Part shown: piece after piece, positions 46,638 to 56,892 of the stretch | Numbering within the stretch: the first letter of the stretch is position 1 | Layout: every line of letters begins with the position of its first letter | Assembly (NCBI GenBank): GCA_965248055.1 | Contig: CBDFIJ010000004.1 | Span: 640,001 to 704,000 of the forward strand | Reading direction: 5' to 3' | Length of the DNA stretch: 64,000 nucleotides | DNA from: Candidatus Multivoradales bacterium | GTDB taxonomy: Bacteria > Acidobacteriota > Thermoanaerobaculia > Multivoradales > JAHEKO01 | Program-made: the position numbers and the translations under genes | Notes under the pieces: generated by a model | The model's database searches: none | What the model saw: only the letters and a program-made list of their open reading frames with translations | What the model was told of the DNA's origin: nothing

Positions 46638-46752
46638 AGCTCAGAGAACGCCCTTTTGTAGGTGCCAGTCGAGTATGCGGCCCTAGGTGCTGCCGCTGCT
46701 CAGGCCAGGCGAATATTCGCACAATAGTTCGAACGACACCTCCAAAGACTGC

Positions 46753-47769
46753 TCAGCGATCCCCCATCAAGACATCCCCCAGGCCACCAAGAATCGACCC
46801 TTCTCCTTTGTGTTTACCTCCACCCTGTGGGGCTGCGGCGAAGATGCGGCTTGCCAGGCGGCTGAACGGTAGCGACTGGACCCAGACCTTGCCGGGTCCG
46901 GTAAGCGCGGCAAAGAACAGTCCTTCTCCGCCAAACAGCGCGGTCTTGATCCCGGGCACCATTTGGATGTCGTAGGCGACGGTGGACTCTAATGCCACCA
47001 AGCAACCGGTATCTAGCCGCAGGGTTTCCCCAGCAGCCAGGTCGCGTTCCAAGATGGTGCCGCCAGCGTGGACGAAGGCCATTCCATCTCCTTCCAGTTT
47101 CTGCAGGATGAAGCCTTCTCCACCAAAGAAACCGGCGCCCAAGCGTCGATTGAAGGCGATGCCCACCGAAACTCCCTTGGCGGCGCACAGAAAGGCATCC
47201 TTCTGGCAGATCAGTTGGCCGTTGTGCGAGGGCAAATCGATGGGAATGATGCGCCCTGGATAGGGTGCGGCAAAAGCGACCTTCTGCTGCGTTTGATGGG
47301 TGTTGCCGAAAACCGTCATGAACAAGCTCTCCCCGGTGATCACGCGTTTCCCGGCGCTGAGGACCTTGTCCAGGAATCCGCCTTCTTGATCCTTGTGCGA
47401 ACCGTCGCCGAAGATGGTCTCCATCTCTATCCCAGGGTCCATGTACATGAACGACCCGGCCTCAGCAATGCAGGACTCCCGGTGATCGAGGGTCACTTCC
47501 ACGAACTGCATCTCCTCGCCAAAGATTTGGTAGTCGATCTCGTCTGCGGAGCGATTCACAGGCACCGGGGGTGGCGCCTGCTCGGAAAATGCTTGGGCAA
47601 AGTCCTCGTGGTCGCCAGCCACCACCCAGTTGTCCATCCCCTTGCGAAAGATGTAGGCGTTGCGGGGCAGGGCGCCACTATGAATCCTCTCCTCGACCTG
47701 GGCGATCTCCATCGGCCCTTCTTGTTTGCCATTGACTGCGGTAAACCAAACTGCTTGTGAATCACTCAT
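46753..47769 (-). CDS. TIGR00266/AIM24 family protein with an N-terminal GYF_2-like domain
   Basis: WF...QEGP...RKGMDNW; GEEMQFVE...GESLF...CQKDAFL...GGEGF...WVQSLP. Confidence 0.92.
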   Translation of the reverse strand: MSDSQAVWFTAVNGKQEGPMEIAQVEERIHSGALPRNAYIFRKGMDNWVVAGDHEDFAQAFSEQAPPPVPVNRSADEIDYQIFGEEMQFVEVTLDHRESCIAEAGSFMYMDPGIEMETIFGDGSHKDQEGGFLDKVLSAGKRVITGESLFMTVFGNTHQTQQKVAFAAPYPGRIIPIDLPSHNGQLICQKDAFLCAAKGVSVGIAFNRRLGAGFFGGEGFILQKLEGDGMAFVHAGGTILERDLAAGETLRLDTGCLVALESTVAYDIQMVPGIKTALFGGEGLFFAALTGPGKVWVQSLPFSRLASRIFAAAPQGGGKHKGEGSILGGLGDVLMGDR

Positions 47770-47802
47770 CTAGCTGTCCTTTTGTTGTTGAAATTGATGC
47801 TG

Positions 47803-48852
47803 CTAATACGCGTTGTTGTGAGACTCGCCGTTTCCGGAACCGTTGCTTTCGGAGCCACCGCTTTGAGAGGCACTGCTTTCGGAACCACTGAAGCGCACTT
47901 CAAACATCTTCGGCCAGTACTTACCGGTGAGAAAAAACGTGCCTCTCTGCGGATGATATGCGATGCCATTGAGGACCTCGGCTCGCCCAGGATTGGGCTG
48001 CAGCCGAGGGCGCAAGGCCGAAGAGTCAATGTGTGCCACCACCTTGCCGACACTGGGATCGATCACCAGGATTTCATCCACGGTGTAGAGGTTGGCATAG
48101 ATCAGTCCGTCGACGCATTCCAACTCGTTGAGCAGACGCACCGGAAAGCCTGGGTCAGGCACCGACATCGACCCTTGGTAGCTGAACTCCTCGACGCTGA
48201 AGGTCTGCAAGATTCGGGTGCCGTTGCTCATCCAAAGGCGCTGCCCGTCGCTGCACAGTCCCCACCCTTCACCGCGGTAACTCATGGTTGCCGTATTCTC
48301 CAACTCTAGATTCCAGTGCAACGCCCGTCCCGCTAGATAGGTGAGCTGCCAAAAGCCTCCCGGAACGGCTGCCAGCCCCTCGCCAAATAAACTCGACGAA
48401 AGCTCGTTCTGCTCCAGTACTTCGCCGGTTTGAAAATTGGTGCGACGCAGGGTCGAGGCTCCGCGTAGGCCGGTGCTTTCCCACAGATCGTCGCCGACAA
48501 ACACCAGTCCCTGGGTATACGCCAAGGGGTCATGGGGATACTCGGCAAGGATTTCGAGGCTCCACTCTTCGACCGGCGTTGGATCTACTGCCGCCTGATC
48601 TATGAGACCTGCATTTACTGCCTCTGGATTATCCTCAGCGAGCTGCTCAACCGGCTCCACTGCAGTCGCAGCAGATCCCATTGATTGTTCAACAGACGGC
48701 GATTGTTGTGGGGTGCTTTGCGCTCGGCAAGCGCCGATAGTCAAGACCGCTAGAGCCAGGATTGCCAGCGCCAGTAGCGAGCAGATCAAGACCAATCTCG
48801 AATGGACACCAGCCCACGGTGCGCAGCGTGAGGTCTTTGACAACGGAGGCAT
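47803..48852 (-). CDS. Glutaminyl-peptide cyclotransferase
   Basis: YPHDPLAYTQGL, ESTG, FGEG, EGWGL, LNELE, VLNGIA, TGKYW. Confidence 0.93.
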   Translation of the reverse strand: MPPLSKTSRCAPWAGVHSRLVLICSLLALAILALAVLTIGACRAQSTPQQSPSVEQSMGSAATAVEPVEQLAEDNPEAVNAGLIDQAAVDPTPVEEWSLEILAEYPHDPLAYTQGLVFVGDDLWESTGLRGASTLRRTNFQTGEVLEQNELSSSLFGEGLAAVPGGFWQLTYLAGRALHWNLELENTATMSYRGEGWGLCSDGQRLWMSNGTRILQTFSVEEFSYQGSMSVPDPGFPVRLLNELECVDGLIYANLYTVDEILVIDPSVGKVVAHIDSSALRPRLQPNPGRAEVLNGIAYHPQRGTFFLTGKYWPKMFEVRFSGSESSASQSGGSESNGSGNGESHNNAY

Positions 48853-48861
48853 CGCTGCGAT

Positions 48862-50847
48862 CTAGGCGCGGCGTTTACGCACGCGGTAGGCGAACCAACC
48901 AATCAAGGCGGCAAACACAAACGCACTCAACCACGGTCCTGCGGCTCCAGCCCACTCTTCGCCGATGCTCCAGGGGGTGGCCCCCCGAGCGGCAGCAATA
49001 CCGGCTGCCGCGGCGATGCCGACGCCAAGCAATCCTTCCCCGCCGACAAATCCCGAGGCCAGTAAGATGCCGCGCTCGCGACGATCATCGGCCTCCGTTT
49101 CATTGGCCGCACTACGCGTCATCCACCAGCGCAACAGGCCACCCAGAAATACCGGAACCATGGTGGCAACCGGCAGGTAGACGCCGACCGCGAAGGCCAA
49201 GCTGGGCAGTCGGAACAGCTCGGTGATCAGGGCGATCCCGGCGCCGATGGCGACCAAGCCCCAAGGCAATTCACTCTGCAGCACCCCGTCAATCACCAGT
49301 TTCATCAGCGTAGCTTGGGGCGCCGGCAGCTCGGCACTACCGAAGCCGTAGGCATTGTTGAGAATCAACACCGTGGCGCAAACAAACACCGCCGAGGTCA
49401 TGACACCGACCAGTTCTCCAATCTGTTGCCGGCGAGGCGTGGCGCCCAGCAGAAAGCCGGTCTTCAAGTCCTGCGAGGTATCGCCAGCAATCGACGCCGC
49501 GATTGCAACCACACAACCGACGGTGAGCGCTGCGATCTTTCCTTGCAGGTCAGTCCACCCGAGAAACAGGAACACTCCAGAGGTCGCCAGCAACGTGGCG
49601 ATGGTCATGCCGCTGGTTGGGTTGGAGGTCACGCCGACTAAGCCGACGATCCTGGAAGACACGGTGACGAAGAAAAACGCTGCGATCACTACCAGCACCG
49701 CCGCGAGGATCCTTCCGCCGATTCCTGGCAATGACGAAAAGGCGATCGGAAACAAACCGAGAACGGCTGCGATCACCGCCACACCGATCAGTGTCACTCT
49801 AAGATTCAGGTCCGATTCGGTGCGTTTGACCTCGGCCGCGACATGCCCGGCACGCGCCTGGAGCTGTTTGGCGCCGACTCGAAAACTCTCAATCATGGTT
49901 GGGATCGACCGAATCAGGGTGACGATACCAGCGGTCGCCACCGCCCCCGCGCCGATGTAACGCACGTAGCGGGTCCAGATCAGTCCCGGAGACATCTCGG
50001 CAATCGTCTTGACGGTCTCGGGATAGAGCGGCTCGACACGACCGGTACCCCAATAGGCGATCGCCGGAATGATCACCAGGGACGACAACAGCCCACCTCC
50101 CACCATCACCGACGCCACTCGGGGGCCGAGGATGTAGCCAACGCCAAACAGCGCTGCGGAGACCTCGCTAGCCAGTTCGCCCTTCTTCAAGAAGGGAATC
50201 TTGATGTGGAGTGCGTCGGGCAGCATCCTCGCCCAACCGACGATCAACTTAACCAGGGCTCCCACACCCAGGCCCCAGAAGACGCTGGTGGCCCCGCTGC
50301 CGCCGACCTCGCTCGCCACCAGGACTCCGGCGCAGGCGGTCCCTTCAGGATAGGGCAGCTTTCCGTGCTCACCGGCAATCAAGTAACTGCGCAGCGGGAT
50401 CATGAACAGCACCCCGATGAGGCCCCCACTCATCGCCAACAAGGTCATCTGCACTAGCGACGGCGGAGCCCCCCAGAGGAACAAAGCCGGCAAAGTGAAG
50501 ATCACCCCACTGGCCACCGAACTGGAAGCAGAGCCTACGGTTTGCGACAAGTTCGCCTCGAGAATAGTGCCGTCAGAGCCGAATCGCTTGAGCAGCCGAA
50601 AGGCCGCCACGGTAATCACCGCAACCGGGATCGAGGTCGAAATGGTTAGCCCAGCGCGCAGCCCCAAGTAGGCGTTGGCGGCGCCGAACAAGATGCCAAA
50701 GACAATGCCCGCCAACACCGCGCGCAGCGTGAATTCCGCCGGACTGGTGTTAGATGCTACATAGGGCTCATAGGTCTGCCCCTCGGGCAAGGGTTCAAAG
50801 GCTTGCTTGGGCAAACCGCGCGGTTGTGTGGGTTCAGGTGTCGTCAT
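48862..50847 (-). CDS. OPT family oligopeptide transporter
   Basis: AANAYLGLRAG, LPYPEGTAC, SNPTSG, QDLKTG, APQATLM. Confidence 0.94.
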   Translation of the reverse strand: MTTPEPTQPRGLPKQAFEPLPEGQTYEPYVASNTSPAEFTLRAVLAGIVFGILFGAANAYLGLRAGLTISTSIPVAVITVAAFRLLKRFGSDGTILEANLSQTVGSASSSVASGVIFTLPALFLWGAPPSLVQMTLLAMSGGLIGVLFMIPLRSYLIAGEHGKLPYPEGTACAGVLVASEVGGSGATSVFWGLGVGALVKLIVGWARMLPDALHIKIPFLKKGELASEVSAALFGVGYILGPRVASVMVGGGLLSSLVIIPAIAYWGTGRVEPLYPETVKTIAEMSPGLIWTRYVRYIGAGAVATAGIVTLIRSIPTMIESFRVGAKQLQARAGHVAAEVKRTESDLNLRVTLIGVAVIAAVLGLFPIAFSSLPGIGGRILAAVLVVIAAFFFVTVSSRIVGLVGVTSNPTSGMTIATLLATSGVFLFLGWTDLQGKIAALTVGCVVAIAASIAGDTSQDLKTGFLLGATPRRQQIGELVGVMTSAVFVCATVLILNNAYGFGSAELPAPQATLMKLVIDGVLQSELPWGLVAIGAGIALITELFRLPSLAFAVGVYLPVATMVPVFLGGLLRWWMTRSAANETEADDRRERGILLASGFVGGEGLLGVGIAAAAGIAAARGATPWSIGEEWAGAAGPWLSAFVFAALIGWFAYRVRKRRA

Positions 50848-50911
50848 CCAGCTCTCCTTTGCTGCCGCGGCATGCTACTGGACCGATGGACAACGTGTCG
50901 ATTGGGCCCAT

Positions 50912-53900
50912 TCAGATCGCACGCTGGCGAGGAATCTGGACCCTCACTCGCAGCCCACCGCCCTGGCGTCGGTGCGCCTCAATCGAACCACCATGCGCCT
51001 GGACGATCCTTCGGCTAATCGGCAGGCCCAAGCCAGTACCCGTGGCATGGGTCGAGAAATAGGGCTCAAAAATCCGGTCCAGGTCACCTTCCGGTACGCC
51101 AGGCCCCCGGTCAGCCACTTCCATCACCAGAAAATTGTCGACACTTTCGTTGAGACGAATCTCCACCGGCTGTCCCTGAGCCACCCGCAGCGCGTTCTCA
51201 ATCAGGTTGCGCAGCATGCGGGTCAATTGGCGTTGATCGGCGTGCAGTTGGGAGTCCAGATCCGAGCCAAACTGGATAGTGATCGGCTCAAAGTCAGCCT
51301 CAACAGAATCAACCGGCTGATAGCTGGCTGCGATCTCCTGCACCCAGTCCTTGGCGTTGAACCACGCCGCCTCGACTTCTGGAACGCGACTGTAATCCGA
51401 GAACTCATCGGCGATCACCCGCAGATCTTCAACCTGTTCCAAGATGTTGCTGGTGCAACGATCCACCAGAGGAAAGGCGCGCGGGTCTTCCTTTTCGCGA
51501 AATACCTCGCGAAGATGCTCTGCCGACAGGCGTATTGGGGTTAGCGGATTCTTGATTTCATGCGCCACGATACGCGCCATCTCGGCCCACGCCGCCAGGC
51601 GCTCCCCGCGCACCACCTCGGTGACATCTTCGACCACCCACAACTGAGCGCCGCCCTGGTGGCGCTCAACCGGGAAACGAGCCAGATTCCAGACCCGGGA
51701 TTCGCCATCTCGATTGATGGTGATGGTCTCGGCCCAAGCAACGGAGCTGTCACCCAGTTGCACGGTAAACACCGACAGATCGCGCAGATCCTCAGCCAGG
51801 TCTTCTGGAAACCGACCTTCAGCGCGCAGCGACAGCAACGATTCGGCACTTGGGTTGGTGCGGCTGATGGTTCCGTCGTCGCGCACCAAGGTGATCGCCG
51901 TGGTGACATTGGCCAGAATTTGTTCCACCAATTCTCGTTCAACGCGCTCCCGCTTTTGGGAGGCAGAAACGTCACCGGCCATGCGATCAATCGCTGCGGC
52001 AAGCCGACCCAGATCCTGTTCCTGTGGAATCTCGATGCCCAGAGATTCGGCGCCGGCGGCAATCCTTTCCGTGCCCTCGATCATCTGCAAGATCGGTCGA
52101 CTGAAACCGCGCGCTGCGCGGGCGGTAGCCCACAAGCCAAACAGCAAGATGCCAAAGCCGATCAACAGGGTGCGCGAGCGCAGTACCCTGGCGGTGTCCG
52201 ACAACGCGGCCACCTGCGAAGTCACCGGCACCGCCAGCGTCAGCCGCGGCCCACTGTCGCCAGTCAGTCGTTTCCATGGCGCGTAGACTGCGGCCTCCCC
52301 TCCTTCGCTACTGGCGTCAAAACTGAACTCGGAAGCGCCGCGCAGAGCCAAGGCTCGGTAGACCGGCGCCGGCAGCCGAGAACTGAGCTCGCCGGAAGCG
52401 AAACGATTGCGTCGACTGGTTGCATAGACGCCACTATCCCAAAATAGATCCACATCCCGCCCGACTAGGCTGGCGACGCCGCTGAACAGCTCGTCGTCAA
52501 ACTGGGTGATACCAGCGAAGTTGGAAGGCAACGAAGCCACGTAACTGTCCAACGCGCGCCGAGCCGAACTCAAAGCAGCCTCTTCCAGGCGCTCTCGTTC
52601 TCGGCCCAGACCCCGTTCATGAAGCGTCAACAGAGACAGATTGACCAACAGCAAAGGAAGCAAGATCAGAGCGCCCAGCGTCAACGCCAACCGGCGCGGG
52701 TAAGAATGCTGCCAAGTCCGCAACTGCTGGCCAAGCCGAGAGGGCGCCAGACCTCTAGATCCGATCCACAGCAGCAGACCGGCGCAGATCAAACAAAAGG
52801 CAACTCTGCCGGCCACCCGCTCGAGCGCCAACAGCGGCCCCAAAGCGGCCAACGAGAGCTGGTAGGTACCGTCAGCCGACAGCACCGAGAACCTGTTATT
52901 CCACCAAGTTGGTCCTTTGGCTTCGAACGGCCCGACGGCAACAGCGATCATCCCCGGAGCGATCCGGTCCATGGCCCGTGCTGAAACAGTCGTGGTGTTG
53001 CCAAGCCATCCGCCCGGGCCGTGCATAGGACCGTCTTCAAAGCCACCTTCAACGCCCAAGCTACGGTGCAAGTGATAGCTGACGGTCGGCTGCCAAGCGA
53101 ACTCAAGATCGGCGAAGTATTCGCCAGCAAAGAGCAAGGTTCCGCGACCGCTGTGAATCGCCGCAACAGCAGGGTCAGCACTGATCATCTCACTGGTCGT
53201 ATCACTGGTCCTTCCACCGGTTGACCCCAGGGATCCGTCTTGAGCGGGTGCTTGGATGTCGGAAAACCGCAGACCGGACTCATAGAGCGAAAGGGTTTGC
53301 CCCTCGCTGGTCACCGCCAAGACCGACCGCAGTCCCGCCTGATTGATTTCCGAACTGCGCCACAGCCCGAACGCCAAATCCTCCACCGATCCCAGAGCTG
53401 TCTGCCCTAGAGTCAGGGACAGGACCTCGCGATCATGCAGCGAATCGGTGATGACCGCGCCCAGGGTCTCTCCCTCAGCACCGGACAGAGCATGGAGCTG
53501 GGTGCGATAACCGTGGATTCTGTGGGTCTGCGCAACCCTCTCAGCGGCGCTCCACACCAAAACTAACCACCCCGCGAGAATCAACAAACCGGCAAGCCGT
53601 GGAACTCGGAGTACCGTGCGCCGCGACCAAAGCATCATTATCAGCGCAATCACTGCGACCACCAGTGGCCGATCTAAAGACACTGCACCCACGACCAAGG
53701 CCACCGGGAACAGCAACAGTTCTAAGCCCCCAGGGCGTTGCTTTTGGGTGCGCTTATTTCGGGGGCGCCGCTGGGAAGAGGCATTTTTCGCCTCGCGCAG
53801 CAAGATCCAGCCAGCCAAACTGGTCAACCCGATCAGCACCCAAGTACCCGAAGCGACAGAGCCGAACCCAGGCACCTCGACCGTCTGTCGATCCACCAAA

Positions 53901-55012
53901 CCCCCAGATATCCATCCACCGGCGACCGCCAAAGCAGCCAAGAGAATCCATCTCCAGAGTCTGGACCCTTGATGACCGGCAAACACTCGCCGAGAAAGCA
54001 TGCCAAGAAGGGTCAACCCAGCCCAGGCGACAAGCACCCACCAAAAACTATTCACCACCGCCATCCCGACCAGAGCAAGGCTCATCGCGGCGCCCCACCG
54101 CGCATCCGATGTCGCATCGTTGGCTGCGAGTTCACTGAGCAGCGCGAGGCAAAGCATCACGGCTGCCAGCAATAGAGCCAGGGAGGAACCCGAAGAGGGC
54201 CCACCAACCGGACCGGTGTTGACCCATAGGTCGGGCCATTCTCCGCCAGGGATCACCAGTGCCCCTTCCGGAGGTGAGCCACTTTGAGCGACCGACCAAT
54301 TCGAATGAATTTCTGGGCCTGAGGTGACTGCGGCCCAGGGCAGTGCTGTCGAAGCAAACGAGCGGCCCGCAGTCACCATCCATCCCAGCCAGGGCCCATC
54401 CAGCGCCTTGCTCACAGTCAGCGTCACCGACGCTGGACGGACAAACGCCAGCGCTCCACCGTGACTAGGCAAGGTCGCTGCGAACGCACCGCCCTCCCTT
54501 CCAGGGTCGACCGGGAGTCCGGGGCCGGCCCAGGCGACCACTTGACCAGCACTGCGAATCAACGCCAAAGAACCTATCGAAGTGCGTTCCAAGCTGGCAA
54601 AAATTCGTTCCAGTTCGGCGTCATGCTGAGCTGAGGCGCCAGAAAATTCGTCGCTGGGAGGGCTCAAGTTGTCGACAACCTCAGCCGCCCGACGAGCATC
54701 GATATCCAGTTGATTCCAGAGTGCGGCGTACCCCTTTTGATTCGCCCGCGTCCATCGCGGGGAACCGACAGCTCCCGTTTGCCCGATCAGACTCATGAGG
54801 GCCGCAAGCGCGACCCCAACCGGAATAATCCAACGCCAAACACCGCCTCTGGCCGCTGACCAAACGACCAATGCCGCCGTTGTCAGCAATAGAAACAGCA
54901 CACTCCACGGCGTGACGTTACTGGCCGCGACTCCCATCGCAGCGACCAGTAGCGCCCAAGACCCTCTATCGGGCCATTCTGTTTCTTTCGACAAGGGCTG
55001 GGCAGAAGTCAT
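50912..55012 (-). CDS. Large membrane sensor histidine kinase (NtrY-like; HAMP-PAS-HisKA-HATPase)
   Basis: MARIVAHEIKNPLTPI, NLIENA, DRGPG, FEPYFST, GTGLGL. Confidence 0.9.
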   Translation of the reverse strand: MTSAQPLSKETEWPDRGSWALLVAAMGVAASNVTPWSVLFLLLTTAALVVWSAARGGVWRWIIPVGVALAALMSLIGQTGAVGSPRWTRANQKGYAALWNQLDIDARRAAEVVDNLSPPSDEFSGASAQHDAELERIFASLERTSIGSLALIRSAGQVVAWAGPGLPVDPGREGGAFAATLPSHGGALAFVRPASVTLTVSKALDGPWLGWMVTAGRSFASTALPWAAVTSGPEIHSNWSVAQSGSPPEGALVIPGGEWPDLWVNTGPVGGPSSGSSLALLLAAVMLCLALLSELAANDATSDARWGAAMSLALVGMAVVNSFWWVLVAWAGLTLLGMLSRRVFAGHQGSRLWRWILLAALAVAGGWISGGLVDRQTVEVPGFGSVASGTWVLIGLTSLAGWILLREAKNASSQRRPRNKRTQKQRPGGLELLLFPVALVVGAVSLDRPLVVAVIALIMMLWSRRTVLRVPRLAGLLILAGWLVLVWSAAERVAQTHRIHGYRTQLHALSGAEGETLGAVITDSLHDREVLSLTLGQTALGSVEDLAFGLWRSSEINQAGLRSVLAVTSEGQTLSLYESGLRFSDIQAPAQDGSLGSTGGRTSDTTSEMISADPAVAAIHSGRGTLLFAGEYFADLEFAWQPTVSYHLHRSLGVEGGFEDGPMHGPGGWLGNTTTVSARAMDRIAPGMIAVAVGPFEAKGPTWWNNRFSVLSADGTYQLSLAALGPLLALERVAGRVAFCLICAGLLLWIGSRGLAPSRLGQQLRTWQHSYPRRLALTLGALILLPLLLVNLSLLTLHERGLGRERERLEEAALSSARRALDSYVASLPSNFAGITQFDDELFSGVASLVGRDVDLFWDSGVYATSRRNRFASGELSSRLPAPVYRALALRGASEFSFDASSEGGEAAVYAPWKRLTGDSGPRLTLAVPVTSQVAALSDTARVLRSRTLLIGFGILLFGLWATARAARGFSRPILQMIEGTERIAAGAESLGIEIPQEQDLGRLAAAIDRMAGDVSASQKRERVERELVEQILANVTTAITLVRDDGTISRTNPSAESLLSLRAEGRFPEDLAEDLRDLSVFTVQLGDSSVAWAETITINRDGESRVWNLARFPVERHQGGAQLWVVEDVTEVVRGERLAAWAEMARIVAHEIKNPLTPIRLSAEHLREVFREKEDPRAFPLVDRCTSNILEQVEDLRVIADEFSDYSRVPEVEAAWFNAKDWVQEIAASYQPVDSVEADFEPITIQFGSDLDSQLHADQRQLTRMLRNLIENALRVAQGQPVEIRLNESVDNFLVMEVADRGPGVPEGDLDRIFEPYFSTHATGTGLGLPISRRIVQAHGGSIEAHRRQGGGLRVRVQIPRQRAI

Positions 55013-55075
55013 GGTTTCGCTTACCGCAGCCCTCCAATGCAAGGATGCAGCCGATCGGCAGGACCACGAGCCCGA

Positions 55076-56761
55076 TCAACCAAGGCCACTGTCGTCATCA
55101 CGCCGCGTTGGCGTCATCGGCAGATCGACCCCTCGTTCTGTGGCAACCTGGATGGCTTTGCCATAGCCGGCGTCAGCGTGGCGCACCACGCCCATTCCCG
55201 GGTCTCCGGTCAATACTCGCTCGATACGTTGTTCAGCTTCGCCTGAACCGTCGCAGACCACCACCATGCCGGCGTGCAGGCTGTAGCCGATGCCAACTCC
55301 TCCGCCGTGATGAATCGACACCCAAGTGGCACCGTTGACCGCGTTGAGCATGGCGTTGAGCAGAGGCCAGTCAGCGATCGCATCCGAGCCATCGATCATC
55401 CCTTCGGTCTCCCGGTTGGGCGAGGCCACCGAGCCGCAGTCCAAATGGTCCCGGCCGATGACGATCGGCGCCTTGACCCGACCGCTAGCGACTAACTGGT
55501 TGAATCGCTTGCCGGCTCGGGCGCGTTCTCCGTATCCCAGCCAACAGATCCGCGCTGGAAGTCCCTGGAAGGCGACCCGTTCACGCGCCAGATGAATCCA
55601 GCGAGCCAAAGCCTCGTCCTCTTGGAATTCGTCCAATATCGCCTCGTCGGTTGCCGCCAAATCCTCCGGATCTCCAGAAAGAACCACCCAGCGAAACGGA
55701 CCCTTTCCTTCGCAAAACAGAGGGCGAACAAACAGCGGCACGAATCCCTGGAAGTCAAAAGCGTTGCTCACTCCCTGTTCCAAGGCCTGGCCGCGTAAGT
55801 TGTTACCATAGTCAAAGGTTACCGATCCCCGTTGTTGCAGTTGCAACATCGCTCGAACGTGATCGGCGATGGTCGCCAGAGAGCGTTGCAAATAGGCCTC
55901 TGTGTCTCGCTCTCGCAACTCGCCTGCCTGCTCAAAGGACAACCCCTGCGGCACATAGCCGCGCAAAGGATCATGAGCCGAGGTTTGGTCGGTCAAGACG
56001 TCTGGAGTGATCCCTTGTTCCAAAAGCGCTTGCAGCAGGTCAACGGCATTGGCGACCACGGCGATCGACACTGCTTCCCGGTTCTTCTTGGCTTCCAGCG
56101 CACGCTCAATCGCGGTCGCAAGATCAGGGGCCTGTTGGTCCAAATAGCGGGTTTCCAAACGCCGCGCAATGCGGCTGGGGTCAACTTCCGCAATCAAAGC
56201 AGTGCCGCCGTTCATCGTCACCGCCAGCGGCTGGGCACCGCCCATCCCTCCCAGTCCAGCGGTCACGGTCAGCGTCCCGGCCAAGCTGCCATCAAAGTGC
56301 TGGCGAGCGCACTCGGCCAAGGTCTCGTAGGTGCCCTGCAGGATTCCCTGGGTGCCAATGTAGATCCACGAGCCTGCGGTCATCTGTCCGTACATCGTCA
56401 GACCCAACTCTTCCAGGCGTCGGAACTCATCGAGATGAGCCCAATGCGCCACCAGGTTCGAGTTCGCGATCAGAACCCTGGGGGCATTACTGTGGGTACG
56501 AAAGACGCCAACCGGCTTCCCAGACTGCACTATGAGGGTCTCGTCATTCTCTAGTCGCCTGAGGGTGGCGACAATCGCCTCGAAGGCTTCCCAATTACGA
56601 GCCGCCTTGCCGGAACCGCCGTAAACAATCAGCTCTTCTGGATGCTCGGCCACCGCCGGATCCAGATTGTTCATCAGCATTCTCAAAGCGGCTTCCTGCT
56701 GCCAACCTTTGCAGGAGATCTCGGTGCCCCGGGGAGCTCGGACAATACGGGATTTCGACAT
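55076..56761 (-). CDS. hutU: Urocanate hydratase
   Basis: [41 protein letters not shown]. Confidence 0.98.
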   Translation of the reverse strand: MSKSRIVRAPRGTEISCKGWQQEAALRMLMNNLDPAVAEHPEELIVYGGSGKAARNWEAFEAIVATLRRLENDETLIVQSGKPVGVFRTHSNAPRVLIANSNLVAHWAHLDEFRRLEELGLTMYGQMTAGSWIYIGTQGILQGTYETLAECARQHFDGSLAGTLTVTAGLGGMGGAQPLAVTMNGGTALIAEVDPSRIARRLETRYLDQQAPDLATAIERALEAKKNREAVSIAVVANAVDLLQALLEQGITPDVLTDQTSAHDPLRGYVPQGLSFEQAGELRERDTEAYLQRSLATIADHVRAMLQLQQRGSVTFDYGNNLRGQALEQGVSNAFDFQGFVPLFVRPLFCEGKGPFRWVVLSGDPEDLAATDEAILDEFQEDEALARWIHLARERVAFQGLPARICWLGYGERARAGKRFNQLVASGRVKAPIVIGRDHLDCGSVASPNRETEGMIDGSDAIADWPLLNAMLNAVNGATWVSIHHGGGVGIGYSLHAGMVVVCDGSGEAEQRIERVLTGDPGMGVVRHADAGYGKAIQVATERGVDLPMTPTRRDDDSGLG

Positions 56762-56892
56762 GGTCTCTACCTCTAGTTGGCTACACTCTGGCGACTAGGT
56801 TGAGCTTGGTGCTTACTTCGGAGTTTGTTGGCGGTATTGTTGGTGAGATCGGTTTCCAGTCACAAATCTACATTTCAGACGATGTTTCGACC

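Larger units (their letters stand above)
43539..46719. repeat. Copies of the palindromic GGTGCCAGCCGAATAT repeat family (cluster 2)
   Basis: Copies at 43539, 44473, 44794, 45076, 45099, 45207, 45748, 46660 and 46702; 23-nt identity between 44470-44492 and 45096-45118. Confidence 0.85.

Noticed and set aside
43539-46719. Classical integron with attC sites
   Set aside because: No IntI, no RYYYAAC...GTTRRRY boundaries and mixed gene orientations; reported instead as an unexplained repeat family.
50807-52447. Long plus-strand ORFs opposite the histidine kinase (and similar ones opposite hutU, hutH, OPT and the adhesin)
   Set aside because: Antisense shadows typical of GC-rich coding DNA.
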